DNA of 64,000 nt from an uncultured delta proteobacterium (GCA_963816395.1 CAWFKQ010000003.1:18714-82713); one strand, 5' to 3'; shown: positions 32,728 to 43,517, counted from the stretch's first letter. The notes: generated by a model from the letters alone, not told the origin. A program made the numbers and translations.

Positions 32728-34094
32728 GCCACCCCCGCGATGGTCGACGGCAGGTGCTCATCCCGATAATCCTCCAGCGCCAGCAAAAAGACCTTCACCA
32801 GGTCCGGCGCAAATTGGCTGCCGCTGCAGCGGAGGATTTCCTCCACCGCCTCGGCGCGGCTGAGGCCGGCGCGATAGGGCCGTGAGGAAGTCATGGCATC
32901 ATAGGCGTCGGCAATCGCCAGGATGGCGGCCAAATGGGGGATCTGCTCTCCCTTGAGGCCGGCCGGATAGCCGCTGCCGTCCCAATGCTCGTGGTGGTGC
33001 AGCACCGCCGGCACGTAGCGGTGCAGGGATTCGGAAAGACGCAGGATATCGGCCCCATGCTCGGCGTGGCGGACGATGCAGGCGTGCTCGCTGCGATTGA
33101 GCGGCCCGCGTTTGTTCAGGATACGGTCGGGGATGCGGATTTTCCCCACATCATGGAGAAAGCAGGCGACGGCCAGCTCCCGCAGCTCTTCCTCGTCGAA
33201 ACCGAGGCGGCGACCTACCAGCAGAGCGAGGTTAGCCACTCGGGTCGAATGTCCCAGGGTGTATTCATCGCGGGCATCGATCGCCGCCGCCAGCAGCCGC
33301 ACAGTGGAAAGGTAGGCTTCCTCCAGCTGCCTGGCGTGGTCGGCCAGGCTGGTTTTCTGCCGCATCAGCTCTTCCGCCATGGCATTGAATTCCCTGGTGA
33401 GCCGTCCCAGTTCGTCCCGGGAGGAAACGGGGACGGCGGTGCAGCCGCCCGTCCGCAGTATCGACACCCCCTGCGAGAGCCGCTTGATCGGTCGGGTGAG
33501 AATTCCGGCGAGCAGGAAGGTTCCGACCGTGCCGAGCAGCAGGGCGCCGGCGGCGATGAGCAGGATCTTGTGCCTGGCCTGTCGGCGCGAGGCCTCCAGG
33601 GAGTCGGCACTGAGCCTCAGGTAGACATCCCCGACCCGCTTGCCGGCGAACAGGACCGGGTTGCGGAACTCGAAGAAATCGCCTCCCGCCAGGGTGCCGC
33701 GGTGCACCGTGAACTCCCCTTCCTGGTGCACCAGTTCCCCCGGCATCGGCTGGAAGACGCCTCCCGACTCCCCGATACGGCTGTGCGCCAGGATAGTCCC
33801 CCGGGAATCGACGATCGCCAGGAAGACCAGGTCGTCCTGGCCCTCACCGATTTTGGCTGCCAGGTTATCGAGGGCCAGCCGGTCATTGGCCAGGATGCTG
33901 AAGGCCGCCGGGGTGGCGGCGCTGCGGGAGATGGCCAGGCCGCGGCGCATCAGCTCCCGCAGCAGGACGCCATCCATGGTGTCGGTCAGCACCAGGGAGA
34001 TGCCGGCGGTAATCAGGGAAAGCAGCACCAGCGTCCACAGCGCAAGTTTCAGGCTGATGCCGCGAAACCGGTCGAATTTTCCGCTCCGCTTCAT
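32724..34094 (-). CDS. Membrane HAMP + HD-GYP cyclic-dinucleotide phosphodiesterase
   Basis: Two TM helices, HAMP, HS.RV, LHDVGK, HHEHWDGSGYP, DAYDAMTSSRPYR. Confidence 0.92.
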   Translation of the reverse strand: MKRSGKFDRFRGISLKLALWTLVLLSLITAGISLVLTDTMDGVLLRELMRRGLAISRSAATPAAFSILANDRLALDNLAAKIGEGQDDLVFLAIVDSRGTILAHSRIGESGGVFQPMPGELVHQEGEFTVHRGTLAGGDFFEFRNPVLFAGKRVGDVYLRLSADSLEASRRQARHKILLIAAGALLLGTVGTFLLAGILTRPIKRLSQGVSILRTGGCTAVPVSSRDELGRLTREFNAMAEELMRQKTSLADHARQLEEAYLSTVRLLAAAIDARDEYTLGHSTRVANLALLVGRRLGFDEEELRELAVACFLHDVGKIRIPDRILNKRGPLNRSEHACIVRHAEHGADILRLSESLHRYVPAVLHHHEHWDGSGYPAGLKGEQIPHLAAILAIADAYDAMTSSRPYRAGLSRAEAVEEILRCSGSQFAPDLVKVFLLALEDYRDEHLPSTIAGVA

Positions 34095-34238
34095 CTGTCC
34101 TCTCCCGTTACGGCTGCGCCGCAACGGCTTTCATTATTAATCATTTTTTACTCTTGAGGCAATAATCTTTTATACCTGCGGGACCGGCGAAAGCACCGGC
34201 GACGATTCAGACTGGGGTACTCTTTTTTTCCGCGGTAT

Positions 34239-35523
34239 TCAGAACAGGTAGCGGAGACTGGCCGCAATTAAATGGGTCCGGCTCTGGTAAGTGCCGTTGA
34301 CCGTCCCCGGTGGGGTGCCCGGGGCCGCGGCCGCCAGCGGATCCCCGGTCGCGTTCCTTTTTACCCGGTCTTCCTGGATCAGCAGGGCATAGGCCAGGGC
34401 GAACCGGAAGCGGTTGCGGCCAATTTCCGTTCCCAGGCTGAAGGTGTGGTTGTTGGAATCGGGGATAGCCGGCTCGAACGTCGTGTCCGGAACCGGATTC
34501 TCCGAGTAGAGATAGCCGGCGAGGAGGGAAATGGTGTCGTTCAACCGGTAGCGGGCGCCGATGTTGTAGGCGAAGGTGTCCTGCCAGTGGCGGGGCTGGA
34601 CGCTGACCGACTGCCCGAGGACCGGCCGCTCGAAATGGAGCCTGAGTTCGTCGAAGGAGGACCAGTCCTCCCAGCGCAGGCCGGCTTCCACCGTCAGCCG
34701 GTCGCTGGCGCGCCAGGCCAGGCCGGCGGTGAGCTGCTGCGGCATGGTGAGGCTGGTGCTGGCGCCGGTATCGGGTAGGGCTTCCGCCAGCAGGGGGGAG
34801 GCGCGGTCATAGGAGACGTCGCCGTCGATGTCGACCTTGATCGCGCTTCGGTAGGCGGCGCCGAAGGAGAGGTGTTCGGAAAGGTCGACCAGCAGGCCGA
34901 GGTTGTATCCCCAGCCGTGGCCGTCTCCCGTGAGCTTCTGTCCCGAATCGGCGCTCCCCGAGGGGAGCCCGAGCAGCAGCGCCGAATTGATCTTGTTTTC
35001 CAGCCGGGCATCGAGCAGCAGCAGGTCCGCTCCGGCCGCCACCGCCACCCGCGGCAAAAGACGCCAGGAAATTACCGGATTGATGTCGAAAGTGGTGATC
35101 TGCGAGTCGGTGGTGATATATCGTCCCGGCCAGTCATCGGGCCAGGAAGTCCCGAGGCCGAAGGGACTGAAAATGCCGAGGCCGGCGCTCAGACGATCAT
35201 TGACGGCATGGGTGGCGTAGAAGGTGCTGGGGAAAAAGACCTCGGCTTCCCCATCCGCCGAGGTGCCTTTCTCCATGAAATTCCCGTTGCGAAAAGACCA
35301 GGGTGCTCCCCGTCTCCAGCTGTGTTCCCGCCAACCGGCTGATCAGCGCCGGGTTGAAAAAGACCGCCGAGGGTCCCTCGTCATGGGCGACTACGGCATC
35401 GGCCTGGCCGAGAGCGGCCGCACCCTGCAGAAAGATGCCGAAACCTGCGCCGTATGCCGGCATGGCTGCAGTGAGGCACAGAACCGTCAGGATAACCCCC
35501 GGCCATCCTCCTTGCTTCATCAT
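34239..35523 (-). CDS. OmpP1/FadL family outer-membrane transporter (frameshifted)
   Basis: AGF...QGA.ALG.A.A.VA....SAVFFNPA, PFGLGT.W, C-terminal YLF. Confidence 0.88.
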
Positions 35524-35823
35524 TTATTCCTCCCGATGGATTAAACTCCTGCAGTCCCCTCAGCAAGCGCTTGATCCATAACATGAATCGGCCGCCGCCG
35601 TCATCACTTTTCAGCAGACTGATGACCCGCCCCCCGAAGGTTCGACGGCAAGGAACCATCTGCACCTGAAAACCAGATTGGCAGAAGGGAGCTAATGAGG
35701 CAGGAATTCACCGGCCCAATCTTGGCGGCGAAGGCCCCGCCTTGACAAGCGAATGGGCGGTGATAACGGGTTGAAGAAAGTTGGCGCAAACGGCGACTGT
35801 CGTTCAGCACAGGGGAGGAAGGT

Positions 35824-36785
35824 ATGGCCAAAGTGGAAAGCAAAAGATCGCGGCAGAGAGGCGGGGAAGCCCCGCGAAATCCCCAAGCAGGGCTGGCGGG
35901 ACATCTTGCTGCGGGTGAAAGATGAACAGACGAAAGACAATCTTTCAATCGTCGCCGCCGGAGTCGCCTTCTATTCCCTGCTGGCGATTTTCCCGGCCAT
36001 CACCGCGGCCGTTTCGATCTACGGCCTGGTGGCCGATCCGGCGCAGATGCAGCAGCAGCTCCAATCGATGAGCCAGATGCTGCCGCAGCAGGCCTACCAG
36101 CTCATCGACAAGCAGCTCAACACCCTCGTCTCCCAGTCCGGCAGCGCCCTCGGCATCGGCGTCATCGTCGGTATCCTGATCGCCCTGTGGAGCGCCGCCA
36201 AGGGGATGAAGGCACTGATCACCGCCCTGAACATCACCTACGATGAAGAAGACCGGCGCGGTTTTTTCAAGCTCAACGGCCTGGCCCTCCTGCTCACCTT
36301 CGGCGCCATCCTCTTCTTCCTCATCTCCATCGCGCTGATCGTGGCATTCCCTGCCCTGCTCGGCAAAGTCGGCATGCCGGAGATCGATCCAGACCTGGGT
36401 CAATTACCTGCGCTGGCCGCTTCTGGCAATCGTGGTGATCCTGGCCCTTTCCGTCCTCTACCGCTTCGGCCCCGACCGCGATCAGCCGCGCTGGCAGTGG
36501 GTGAGCTGGGGGGCCATTATCGCCACCGCCCTGTGGATGGTCGCCTCGGTCCTCTTCTCGGTGTACGTAGCGCATTTCGGCAACTACAACAAAACCTATG
36601 GTTCCATGGGGGCGGTGATCATTCTCCTGATGTGGTTTTTCCTCACCGCCTACGCCGTGCTGATCGGCGCCGAGTTCAATGCCGAAATGGAGCACCAGAC
36701 GAAGCGGGACACCACCCGGGGGGAACCCCGGCCGATCGGCCGCCGGGATGCGCACGTGGCCGATACCGTCGGCCGCAAGCGCTGA
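35824..36785 (+). CDS. YihY/BrkB family membrane protein (frameshifted)
   Basis: AAGVAFY.LLA.FP, YV..FGNYNKTYGS.GAVIILL.W, GAEFNAE. Confidence 0.88.
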
Positions 36786-36795
36786 CCGGGGAGAA

Positions 36796-37057
36796 TCACT
36801 GGCGCCCAGTGTCCTCCCTGCCGGAAAAGAGGGTCAGCTCCCAACTGTCGGTTTCCGCCTCGTGCCGCAGGATATAGAGGGCGCCGTCATCGCCGCGAAT
36901 CTTGAAGTAGCGGTGATCGGGTCCCAGCCAGCGATCGAGCACCTCGGCGATCTCCACGAGCCGTCGGCCCAAGATAAAAGCGCCGGGGAGTTTCTTCCCC
37001 CCGGTAGCCGGCATAGCATTCGACCCGGATGGCGAAGGGCCTTTTGCTTTCTTCCAT
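36796..37057 (-). CDS. Small conserved hypothetical protein (frameshifted)
   Basis: Reconstructed IRVECYAGYRG..TP...EVLDRWLGPDHRYFK.RGDDG..YILRH.....WEL; RBS upstream. Confidence 0.7.
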
Positions 37058-37247
37058 AAATCCCCCCTTTTGCTCCGCCGGTCAGCAGATTCCGTTTTTT
37101 CTACTCCTTGCTCCCTATCTCACCACCTCTCTGTTTTTCCAGCATTTTAGCAGATGCGCGCAGCAGCTCCAGATTGTAGGAAATCGATCCCCTGCTAGAC
37201 TGGAGAGAAAAGGGATGCCTACGGAATATTTGCGAGGAGGAAGACCC

Positions 37248-38051
37248 ATGTCCCGCATCGCCGCCCGCCTGGTCTTTGCCCTGTTGCCGCTGCTGGCTGT
37301 TGCCTGCAGCACGGTGCCGGTGACCGGTCGCCACCAGCTCAACCTGGTGCCTGAGTCGGAGTTGACCCAGGCCGGCCTGCAGCAGTACGACCAGTTCCTG
37401 CAACAGCATCAGGTGATTCGCAACACCCCCGAGAGCGAGATGGTGAAGCGGGTCGGTCAGCGGGTGGCGCAGGCGGTCGAACGCTATTTCGCCCAGCAGG
37501 GGAAGCCGGAGGTGACCAGCGGCTACCAATGGGAGTTCTCCCTGGTGGACAGCCCGGAAGTCAATGCTTTCGCGCTGCCGGGAGGGAAGGTGGTGGTCTA
37601 CTCCGGGCTGCTGAAGGTGGCCACCACCGACGCGCAGCTGGCGGCGGTAATCGGCCATGAAATCGGCCACGTGGTGGCCAAGCACGGCAATGAGCGGATG
37701 AGTCAGGCGCTGCTCGCCCAGATGGGTGGAACGGCCCTGTCGGCGGCCCTGTCCAGCCAGCCCCAGGCTACCCAGCAGATGCTGATGACCGCCTTCGGCG
37801 CCGGCGCGCAGATTGGGGTTCTGCTTCCCTTCAGCCGCCTGCAGGAGAGTGAGGCCGATCGTCTCGGCCTGATCTTCATGGCCATGGCCGGTTACGACCC
37901 GCATGCCGCTCTGGAAGTCTGGCAGAAAATGGCCGCCCAGGAGAAGGGGAGTGTCCCGCAGTTTCTCAGCACGCATCCGGCCGACCAGGCCCGCATCGAC
38001 GCTATCCGCGAGCATATCCCGGAGGCGATGCGCTACTATCAGCCGACCTGA
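37248..38051 (+). CDS. M48 family metallopeptidase lipoprotein
   Basis: LAVAC lipobox, TGR.QL, NAFALPGG, HEIGH, ESEAD, FLSTHP. Confidence 0.93.
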   Translation: MSRIAARLVFALLPLLAVACSTVPVTGRHQLNLVPESELTQAGLQQYDQFLQQHQVIRNTPESEMVKRVGQRVAQAVERYFAQQGKPEVTSGYQWEFSLVDSPEVNAFALPGGKVVVYSGLLKVATTDAQLAAVIGHEIGHVVAKHGNERMSQALLAQMGGTALSAALSSQPQATQQMLMTAFGAGAQIGVLLPFSRLQESEADRLGLIFMAMAGYDPHAALEVWQKMAAQEKGSVPQFLSTHPADQARIDAIREHIPEAMRYYQPT

Positions 38052-38102
38052 GGAAATGGAATGAATCTTCACGCCATTTCTTGTTTCAGGGGATTGGAAG
38101 AT

Positions 38103-38141
38103 AAAAAAAGCGCGCCGCTCAGGAGGGGTACTGCGGCGCGC
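38103..38141 (-). terminator. Intrinsic terminator of the candidate ncRNA
   Basis: Minus strand gcgcgccgc-agtacccctcctga-gcggcgcgc-ttttttt. Confidence 0.85.
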
Positions 38142-38620
38142 TAAAAGGAGGGATGAAGAGGTTCTCGTGTCGGCGGGGCCTGTCTGCCACCACAGTCCTG
38201 CCTTGTTGAGAACGGTACTCCACAGGCAGGTCCAGCGCTATGTGGGTTTTCGTATAAATTCCAGCCGGAATGTCCTGTTTCGAACTGCGCCTTTGCACAG
38301 AACGGCAGGGTCGATTCCCCGCACCCAGGCATTGGCACGACTACGGTCCGCTTTTTGCCAATCCGTCTCCTCGGAAACCCGGGCCGGGCCGCTGCCGCTC
38401 CTTAGCGGGCCGACAGCGGTTGGTAGTCCCGTTCTTCCGGGGCCGGTCGGATGGGGAGACAAGGCTCCCGGCGTTAGGCCGCGCCGTGCCAATACCTTCG
38501 GTTCATCCTCTCCGGTCGACCGGCAAGGCGATCTGCCTGTTCACCAACGATGAACATTCGACTGCAGCCAGCCTGCCGGGAAAGGGTCCATATCCCTCTG
38601 ATTCAAAGAGCTTTTCTCTT
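38103..38620 (-). ncRNA. Candidate ~520-nt structured non-coding RNA, family unassigned
   Basis: Own promoter and terminator; no credible ORF; several helices, with G-U pairs that work only on the minus strand (see findings). Confidence 0.65.
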
Positions 38621-38626
38621 AATTTC

Positions 38627-38654
38627 AGCATACCACGAATCGGCCCGATGACAA
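38627..38654 (-). promoter_or_regulatory. Sigma70-type promoter with extended -10
   Basis: TTGTCA (38654-38649), 16-nt spacer, TATGCT (38632-38627) preceded by TGn. Confidence 0.7.
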
Positions 38655-38689
38655 CACGGAGAGGGTCGCCGCTGCGGATGGTTGTGCCC

Positions 38690-39241
38690 TCAGGGAAAAC
38701 GACCGGCGCCGATCAGCCGCCGGCGCCAGTAAGGCTCTTCCAGGCGGGCGTAGGAGACGCCTTTCCCCTTGGACGGCGCATGGATGAAGAGACCGGGGGC
38801 GACGTAGATCCCCACATGGCCGATCCGCCTCCGGGATATGCTGAAGAATAGAAGGTCCCCCGGCTGCAGTCGGGCCAGGTCGATGTGGCGGGACTGCCGA
38901 TACTGCTCCCGGCAGGTGCGGGGAACGTCAATGCCGGCCTGGCGGAAGACGTAATACACCAGTCCGCTGCAGTCGAAACCCGATGGTGAGCTGCCGCCGT
39001 AGGCATAAGGGGCGCCGAGCAGCCGGCCGGCGGCTTCGAGTGCCTGTTGCCGGCGATCGGCCGACCTTTCCTCCGCCGGGGCTTGGGTAAAAAGACTCTC
39101 CGGCAGCGGCTCGGTACCTGGTATTTCCCCCTGCCGCGGCAGAATGCCACAGCCGGCGAGCAGCAGCGTGGCGGCCAGAAAAACCGGGACTGCCGGTCGT
39201 AGCAGCTGCCGGCGACGCCTGTTCCTTCCCTGCTCCCTCAT
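38690..39241 (-). CDS. NlpC/P60 (C40) peptidoglycan endopeptidase lipoprotein
   Basis: LLAGC lipobox, GAPYAYGG, GFDCSGLV, LQPGDLLFF, HVGIY, FIHA. Confidence 0.92.
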   Translation of the reverse strand: MREQGRNRRRRQLLRPAVPVFLAATLLLAGCGILPRQGEIPGTEPLPESLFTQAPAEERSADRRQQALEAAGRLLGAPYAYGGSSPSGFDCSGLVYYVFRQAGIDVPRTCREQYRQSRHIDLARLQPGDLLFFSISRRRIGHVGIYVAPGLFIHAPSKGKGVSYARLEEPYWRRRLIGAGRFP

Positions 39242-39409
39242 CCCATGAAAGCCCCTTCGCATGCTCCAACTATAAGGGGAAAGCCGCTTCCGCGCCAGAC
39301 TTTCCCCGGCGAGAAGAAAAAGGGGCTTCGCCTGACCGCCGCCATGGCCTATAATAACTCTCCAAATCTGCCGGAAGTTCCGCCCGGCGCGAGCAGGAGA
39401 ACCGCGACG

Positions 39410-39658
39410 ATGCCCAGTCATGATTCGAATCAGGATGTCCTGCAGGAACTCCGGCGCAACGAGGAACTGTCTACCCTGGTGGAAATCGGCAAGGCACTTG
39501 CCTCCACTTCGCGGCCTTCCACGATCCGGGTGACCGCCAGCTTTGGCGTGGCCACCTTTCCCCAGGACGCCGGCAACAAGGACGAGCTGCTCGGACGGGC
39601 CGACCAGGCCATGTACCTGGCTAAGGAAACTGCCCGCGACAGCGTCCGGTCGGCCTGA
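39410..39658 (+). pseudogene. Internally deleted sensor diguanylate cyclase (82 aa)
   Basis: N-terminal helix ELSTLVEIGKAL joined directly to GGDEF C-terminus IRVTASFGVATFP.DA....LL.RADQAMY.AK; no GGDEF motif. Confidence 0.75.
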
Positions 39659-39737
39659 AACCGGCTCTGACGCCCCTGCCACAACCTGCTAGACTTCCAG
39701 GAAACTTCTGCCGATCAACGACTTCGGGGAGTATCGC

Positions 39738-42394
39738 ATGACCACACAACCGCCCGCTATCCGCTTGCAGGATTACCGCCCGCCCGCCTACCTGGTGGAC
39801 GAGCTCGAGCTGCATTTCGACCTGTCCGAGTCGGCCACCCGGGTGCGCGCCCGCCTGGGCTGCCGCCGCCATCCGGACCTGGCCGGCGCCCCGGCGCCGC
39901 TGGAGCTCTACGGCTGCCAGCTGCAATTGGTCGCCCTGCGCCTGGACGGCCGCGCCCTGGCGCCCGGGGACTACACCATCGAGGGGGAGACGCTGACCAT
40001 CCCCGGCGTGCCGGAGCGCTTCATCCTGGAGGTGGAGACGGTGATCGACCCGGCCGCCAACACCGCCCTGGAAGGGCTCTATCTCTCCGGCGGCAATTTC
40101 TGCACGCAGTGCGAGGCCGAAGGGTTCCGCCGCATCACCTGGTACCCGGACCGGCCGGACGTCCTGACCCGCTTCACCACCACCATTACCGCCGATCGGC
40201 AGAAGTACCCGGTGCTCCTCGCCAACGGCAACCTGGTGGAGAGCGGCGAGCTGGCCGGCGGACGTCATTTCGCCCGCTGGCAGGACCCCTTCCCCAAGCC
40301 GGCCTATCTCTTTGCCCTGGTGGCGGGGCGCCTGAAAAAACTTGAGGATACCTTCACCACCCGCTCCGGCCGACCGGTGACGCTGCAGATCTGGGTGGAG
40401 GAGCGCAACCTCGCCAAGTGCGGACATGCCATGCGGTCGCTGCAGAAGGCGATGCGCTGGGATGAAGAGACCTTCGGCCTGGAGTACGACCTCGACATCT
40501 ACATGATCGTCGCGGTCGACGACTTCAATATGGGGGCAATGGAGAACAAGGGACTCAACGTCTTCAATTCCAAGTACGTCCTGGCCTCGCCGGAGACCGC
40601 CACCGACGCCGATTTCCAGGCGATCGAGGAGGTCATCGGCCACGAGTACTTCCACAACTGGACGGGCAACCGGGTGACCTGTCGCGACTGGTTTCAGCTC
40701 TCCCTGAAGGAGGGGCTGACCGTCTTCCGCGACCAGGAGTTCGCCGCCGACATGACCAGCCGGGCGGTCAAGCGCATCGACGATGTGCGGGTGCTGCGCA
40801 ATGCCCAGTTCCCCGAGGACGCCGGACCGATGGCCCACCCGGTGCGTCCCGACTCCTACGTGGAGATCAACAATTTCTACACCACCACCGTCTACAACAA
40901 GGGGGCGGAGGTGATCCGCATGTACCAGGCCCTGCTCGGCCGGGAGGGTTTCCGCCGCGGGCTCACCCTCTACCTGCAACGGCACGACGGCCAAGCGGCG
41001 ACGGTGGAGGATTTTCTCGCCGCCATGGCCGAGGCGGGCGGCGCCGACCTCGACCAGTTCCGGCGCTGGTATGACCAGGCGGGCACACCGCTGGTCCAGG
41101 TCGCGCGCGAATGGGATGCCGAAACCGGCACTCTCACCCTGAGCGTGCGCCAGTCCTGTCCCCCCACCCCCGGTCAGCCACAGAAGGAGCCGTTCCACAT
41201 CCCTCTGGCGCTGGGGCTGCTCGATGCGGACGGCAACGACCTCCCCCCACGGCTGGAGGGGGAAGCGGCCGCTCCAGCCGGGCCCACCCGGGTGCTGGAG
41301 CTGCGCCGGGCGGAGGAGCGCTTCCGCTTCGTCGGCCTCGCCGCCCGTCCCGTCCCCTCCCTGCTGCGCGATTTCTCTGCGCCGGTACGCCTGGAAACCG
41401 ATCTCAGCGAAACGGAGACCGCCTTTCTCTTCGCCCGCGACAGCGATCCGTTCAACCGCTGGGAAGCCGGCCAGCAGCTGGCAACCCGGATGCTGCTGCG
41501 GCTGATCGGCGATTGGCAGGCCGGGCGGGCGGTGACCGTCGATCCCCTCTTCCTGGAAGCCTTCCGCCAGGCCCTGAACGACGCCGGAGCCGATCCCGCC
41601 CTGCTCGCCCAGGCCCTCCTCCTGCCCAGCGAGACCTACCTGGGCGAGCAGCTGGGGGTGATCGACCCGGAGGCCGTCCACCAGGTGCGCGAGAAGGTCC
41701 GGCGCCAGCTCGCCGCCGCTCTGCGGGGCGACTTCCTGGCGGCGCTGGCGGCCAATGCCACCCCCGGGCCGTACCGCCCGGAGCCGGCGGCGGTCGGCCG
41801 GCGCAGCCTGAAAAACCTCTGCCTGGCCTATCTCAGCAGTCTGGAGGACGAGGAAAGCCTGGCGCTCTGCCGCCGCCAGTTCGCGGCCGGCGACAACATG
41901 ACCGACGTCCTGGCGGCTCTCGCCTGTCTGGCCAACTGCGACCGCCCGGAGCGGACCGAGGCCCTCGCCGAGTTTCTACGCCCGCTGGCGCCATGAACCG
42001 CTGGTGGTCGATAAATGGTTCACCCTGCAGGCGACTTCCCGCCTGCCCCAGACCCTGGCGGAGGTGCAGAAACTGACCCGCCACCCCGCCTTCACCCTGA
42101 AAAACCCGAACCGGGTGCGGGCCCTGGTGGGCGCCTTCGCCCAGGGCAACCCGGCCCGCTTCCACGCCGCCGACGGCGCCGGCTACCGTTTCCTGGCCGA
42201 CCAGGTGCTGGCCCTCGACCCCCGCAATCCGCAGGTCGCCGCCCGACTGCTCATCCCTCTGAGCCGCTGGCGGCGCTACGATGCCGGGCGCCAGGCGCTG
42301 ATGAAAGGGGAGCTGGCCAGGATCGCCGCGGCGCCGGACACTGTCCAAGGACGTCTACGAGATCGTCAGCAAGAGTCTGGCGAAGCAAGCTTAG
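39738..42394 (+). CDS. pepN: Aminopeptidase N (frameshifts near 3' end)
   Basis: TQCEAEGFR, GAMENKG, HEYFH, VYNKGAEV, VVDKWF, NPQVAAR, DVYEIV. Confidence 0.96.
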
Positions 42395-42406
42395 GCCGCC
42401 GCGTCG

Positions 42407-42450
42407 GATCGGTCAGATCGGTCGGACCGGACCGATCCGTCTGATCGGCG
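42407..42450. repeat. GATCSGWCN nonamer array (copy 2)
   Basis: gatcggtca gatcggtcg gaccggacc gatccgtct gatcgg. Confidence 0.8.
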
Positions 42451-42474
42451 CGGCCGAACTGTCTGGAGAAGAAG

Positions 42475-43377
42475 ATGAAAGAGATGAAAGACGTACTGAT
42501 CATCGGCTGCGGCGATATCGGCCGGCGGGTGGCGCGGCTGGAGCTGGCGCGGGGCGCCCGGGTGCACGGCACCGTCCGCCTGCCCGGGCAGGCGGCGGAG
42601 CTGGAGCGGCTCGGTATCCGCCCGGTTGCCGCCGACCTCGACCAGCCCGGGCCGATCGCGGGGCTTCCCACCCGCGGCGCAATCGTCTATTATTTTGCGC
42701 CGCCGCCCGGCGGCGGCGACCTCGATCCGCGGGTGCGGGTCTTCTGCGGTTCGGTGGAACCGGGAGAGGAGCCGGCGAAGATCGTCTACATCAGCACCAG
42801 CGGCGTCTACGGCGATACCGGCGCCGCCTGGGTCGACGAGGCGACGCCGGTCCGCCCGCAGACCGCTCGCGCCCGCCGCCGTCTCGACGCGGAAACCCTC
42901 CTGGGCGCCTGGGGGCAGACGCGCGGGGTGGCCGTAGTCATTCTGCGGGTGACCGGCATCTACGGTCCGGGCCGCTTCCCCCTCGACCGGCTGCGGCAAG
43001 GGCAGCCGGTGCTGCGGGAGGAGGAGGCCCCGTTCACCAACCGCATCCACGCCGATGACCTGGCCCGGGTCTGTCTGGCGGCCGCCGATCGGGGGGAGAG
43101 CGGCGAGATTTTCAACGTCAGCGACGGCCGGCCGGGGACGATGACCGAATACTTCAATGCCGTGGCCGACGCCTTCGGACTGCCGCGCCCCCCGCAGGTC
43201 TCGCTGGCCGATGCGCAGCGCCAGATGAGCCCGCTGATGCTCTCCTACATCAGCGAATCGCGGCGTCTCAGCAACCGCCGGATGCTGGAGAAGCTCGGCG
43301 TGACGCCTTCTTTATCCCTCCCTCCGGGAAGGGATGCGGGGAGCCGGGGAAAATCAGGAAGAGGGGAAGCTCGATAG
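42475..43377 (+). CDS. NAD-dependent epimerase/atypical SDR
   Basis: IIGCGDIG, YISTSGVYGD, GIYGPGR, NRIHADDL. Confidence 0.9.
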   Translation: MKEMKDVLIIGCGDIGRRVARLELARGARVHGTVRLPGQAAELERLGIRPVAADLDQPGPIAGLPTRGAIVYYFAPPPGGGDLDPRVRVFCGSVEPGEEPAKIVYISTSGVYGDTGAAWVDEATPVRPQTARARRRLDAETLLGAWGQTRGVAVVILRVTGIYGPGRFPLDRLRQGQPVLREEEAPFTNRIHADDLARVCLAAADRGESGEIFNVSDGRPGTMTEYFNAVADAFGLPRPPQVSLADAQRQMSPLMLSYISESRRLSNRRMLEKLGVTPSLSLPPGRDAGSRGKSGRGEAR

Positions 43378-43517
43378 GAGGCAGTAGATACCGAATTTTA
43401 CTGTCTCGACGATCTCACTCTGACATAAAAAAACAAAATACCTTTTTAAAATCAATCGTTTCCTTCCGCCCCTCCTTGTGGAATAATGCGCTGGACGGGT
43501 GAGGAGCAGTTCACGAA

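Noticed and set aside
32724..34094. HD-GYP as a PmxA-like cGAMP-specific phosphodiesterase
   Set aside because: It retains the canonical RxxR (RPYR) motif associated with c-di-GMP enzymes; no positive evidence.
35590..35680. Fluoride-riboswitch-like GATGG...TGATGAC upstream of the FadL gene
   Set aside because: The pseudoknot complement is missing and the downstream gene is not fluoride-related.
38300..38330. tRNA T-arm-like gggtcgattcccc on the plus strand
   Set aside because: No cloverleaf or acceptor stem; the helix pairs better on the minus strand as part of the candidate RNA.
38141..38591. Small ORFs inside the candidate RNA (84 aa, 65 aa, and 16/10-aa ATG frames)
   Set aside because: Poor or badly spaced RBS and no recognisable protein features; not fully excluded without RNAcode/Ribo-seq.
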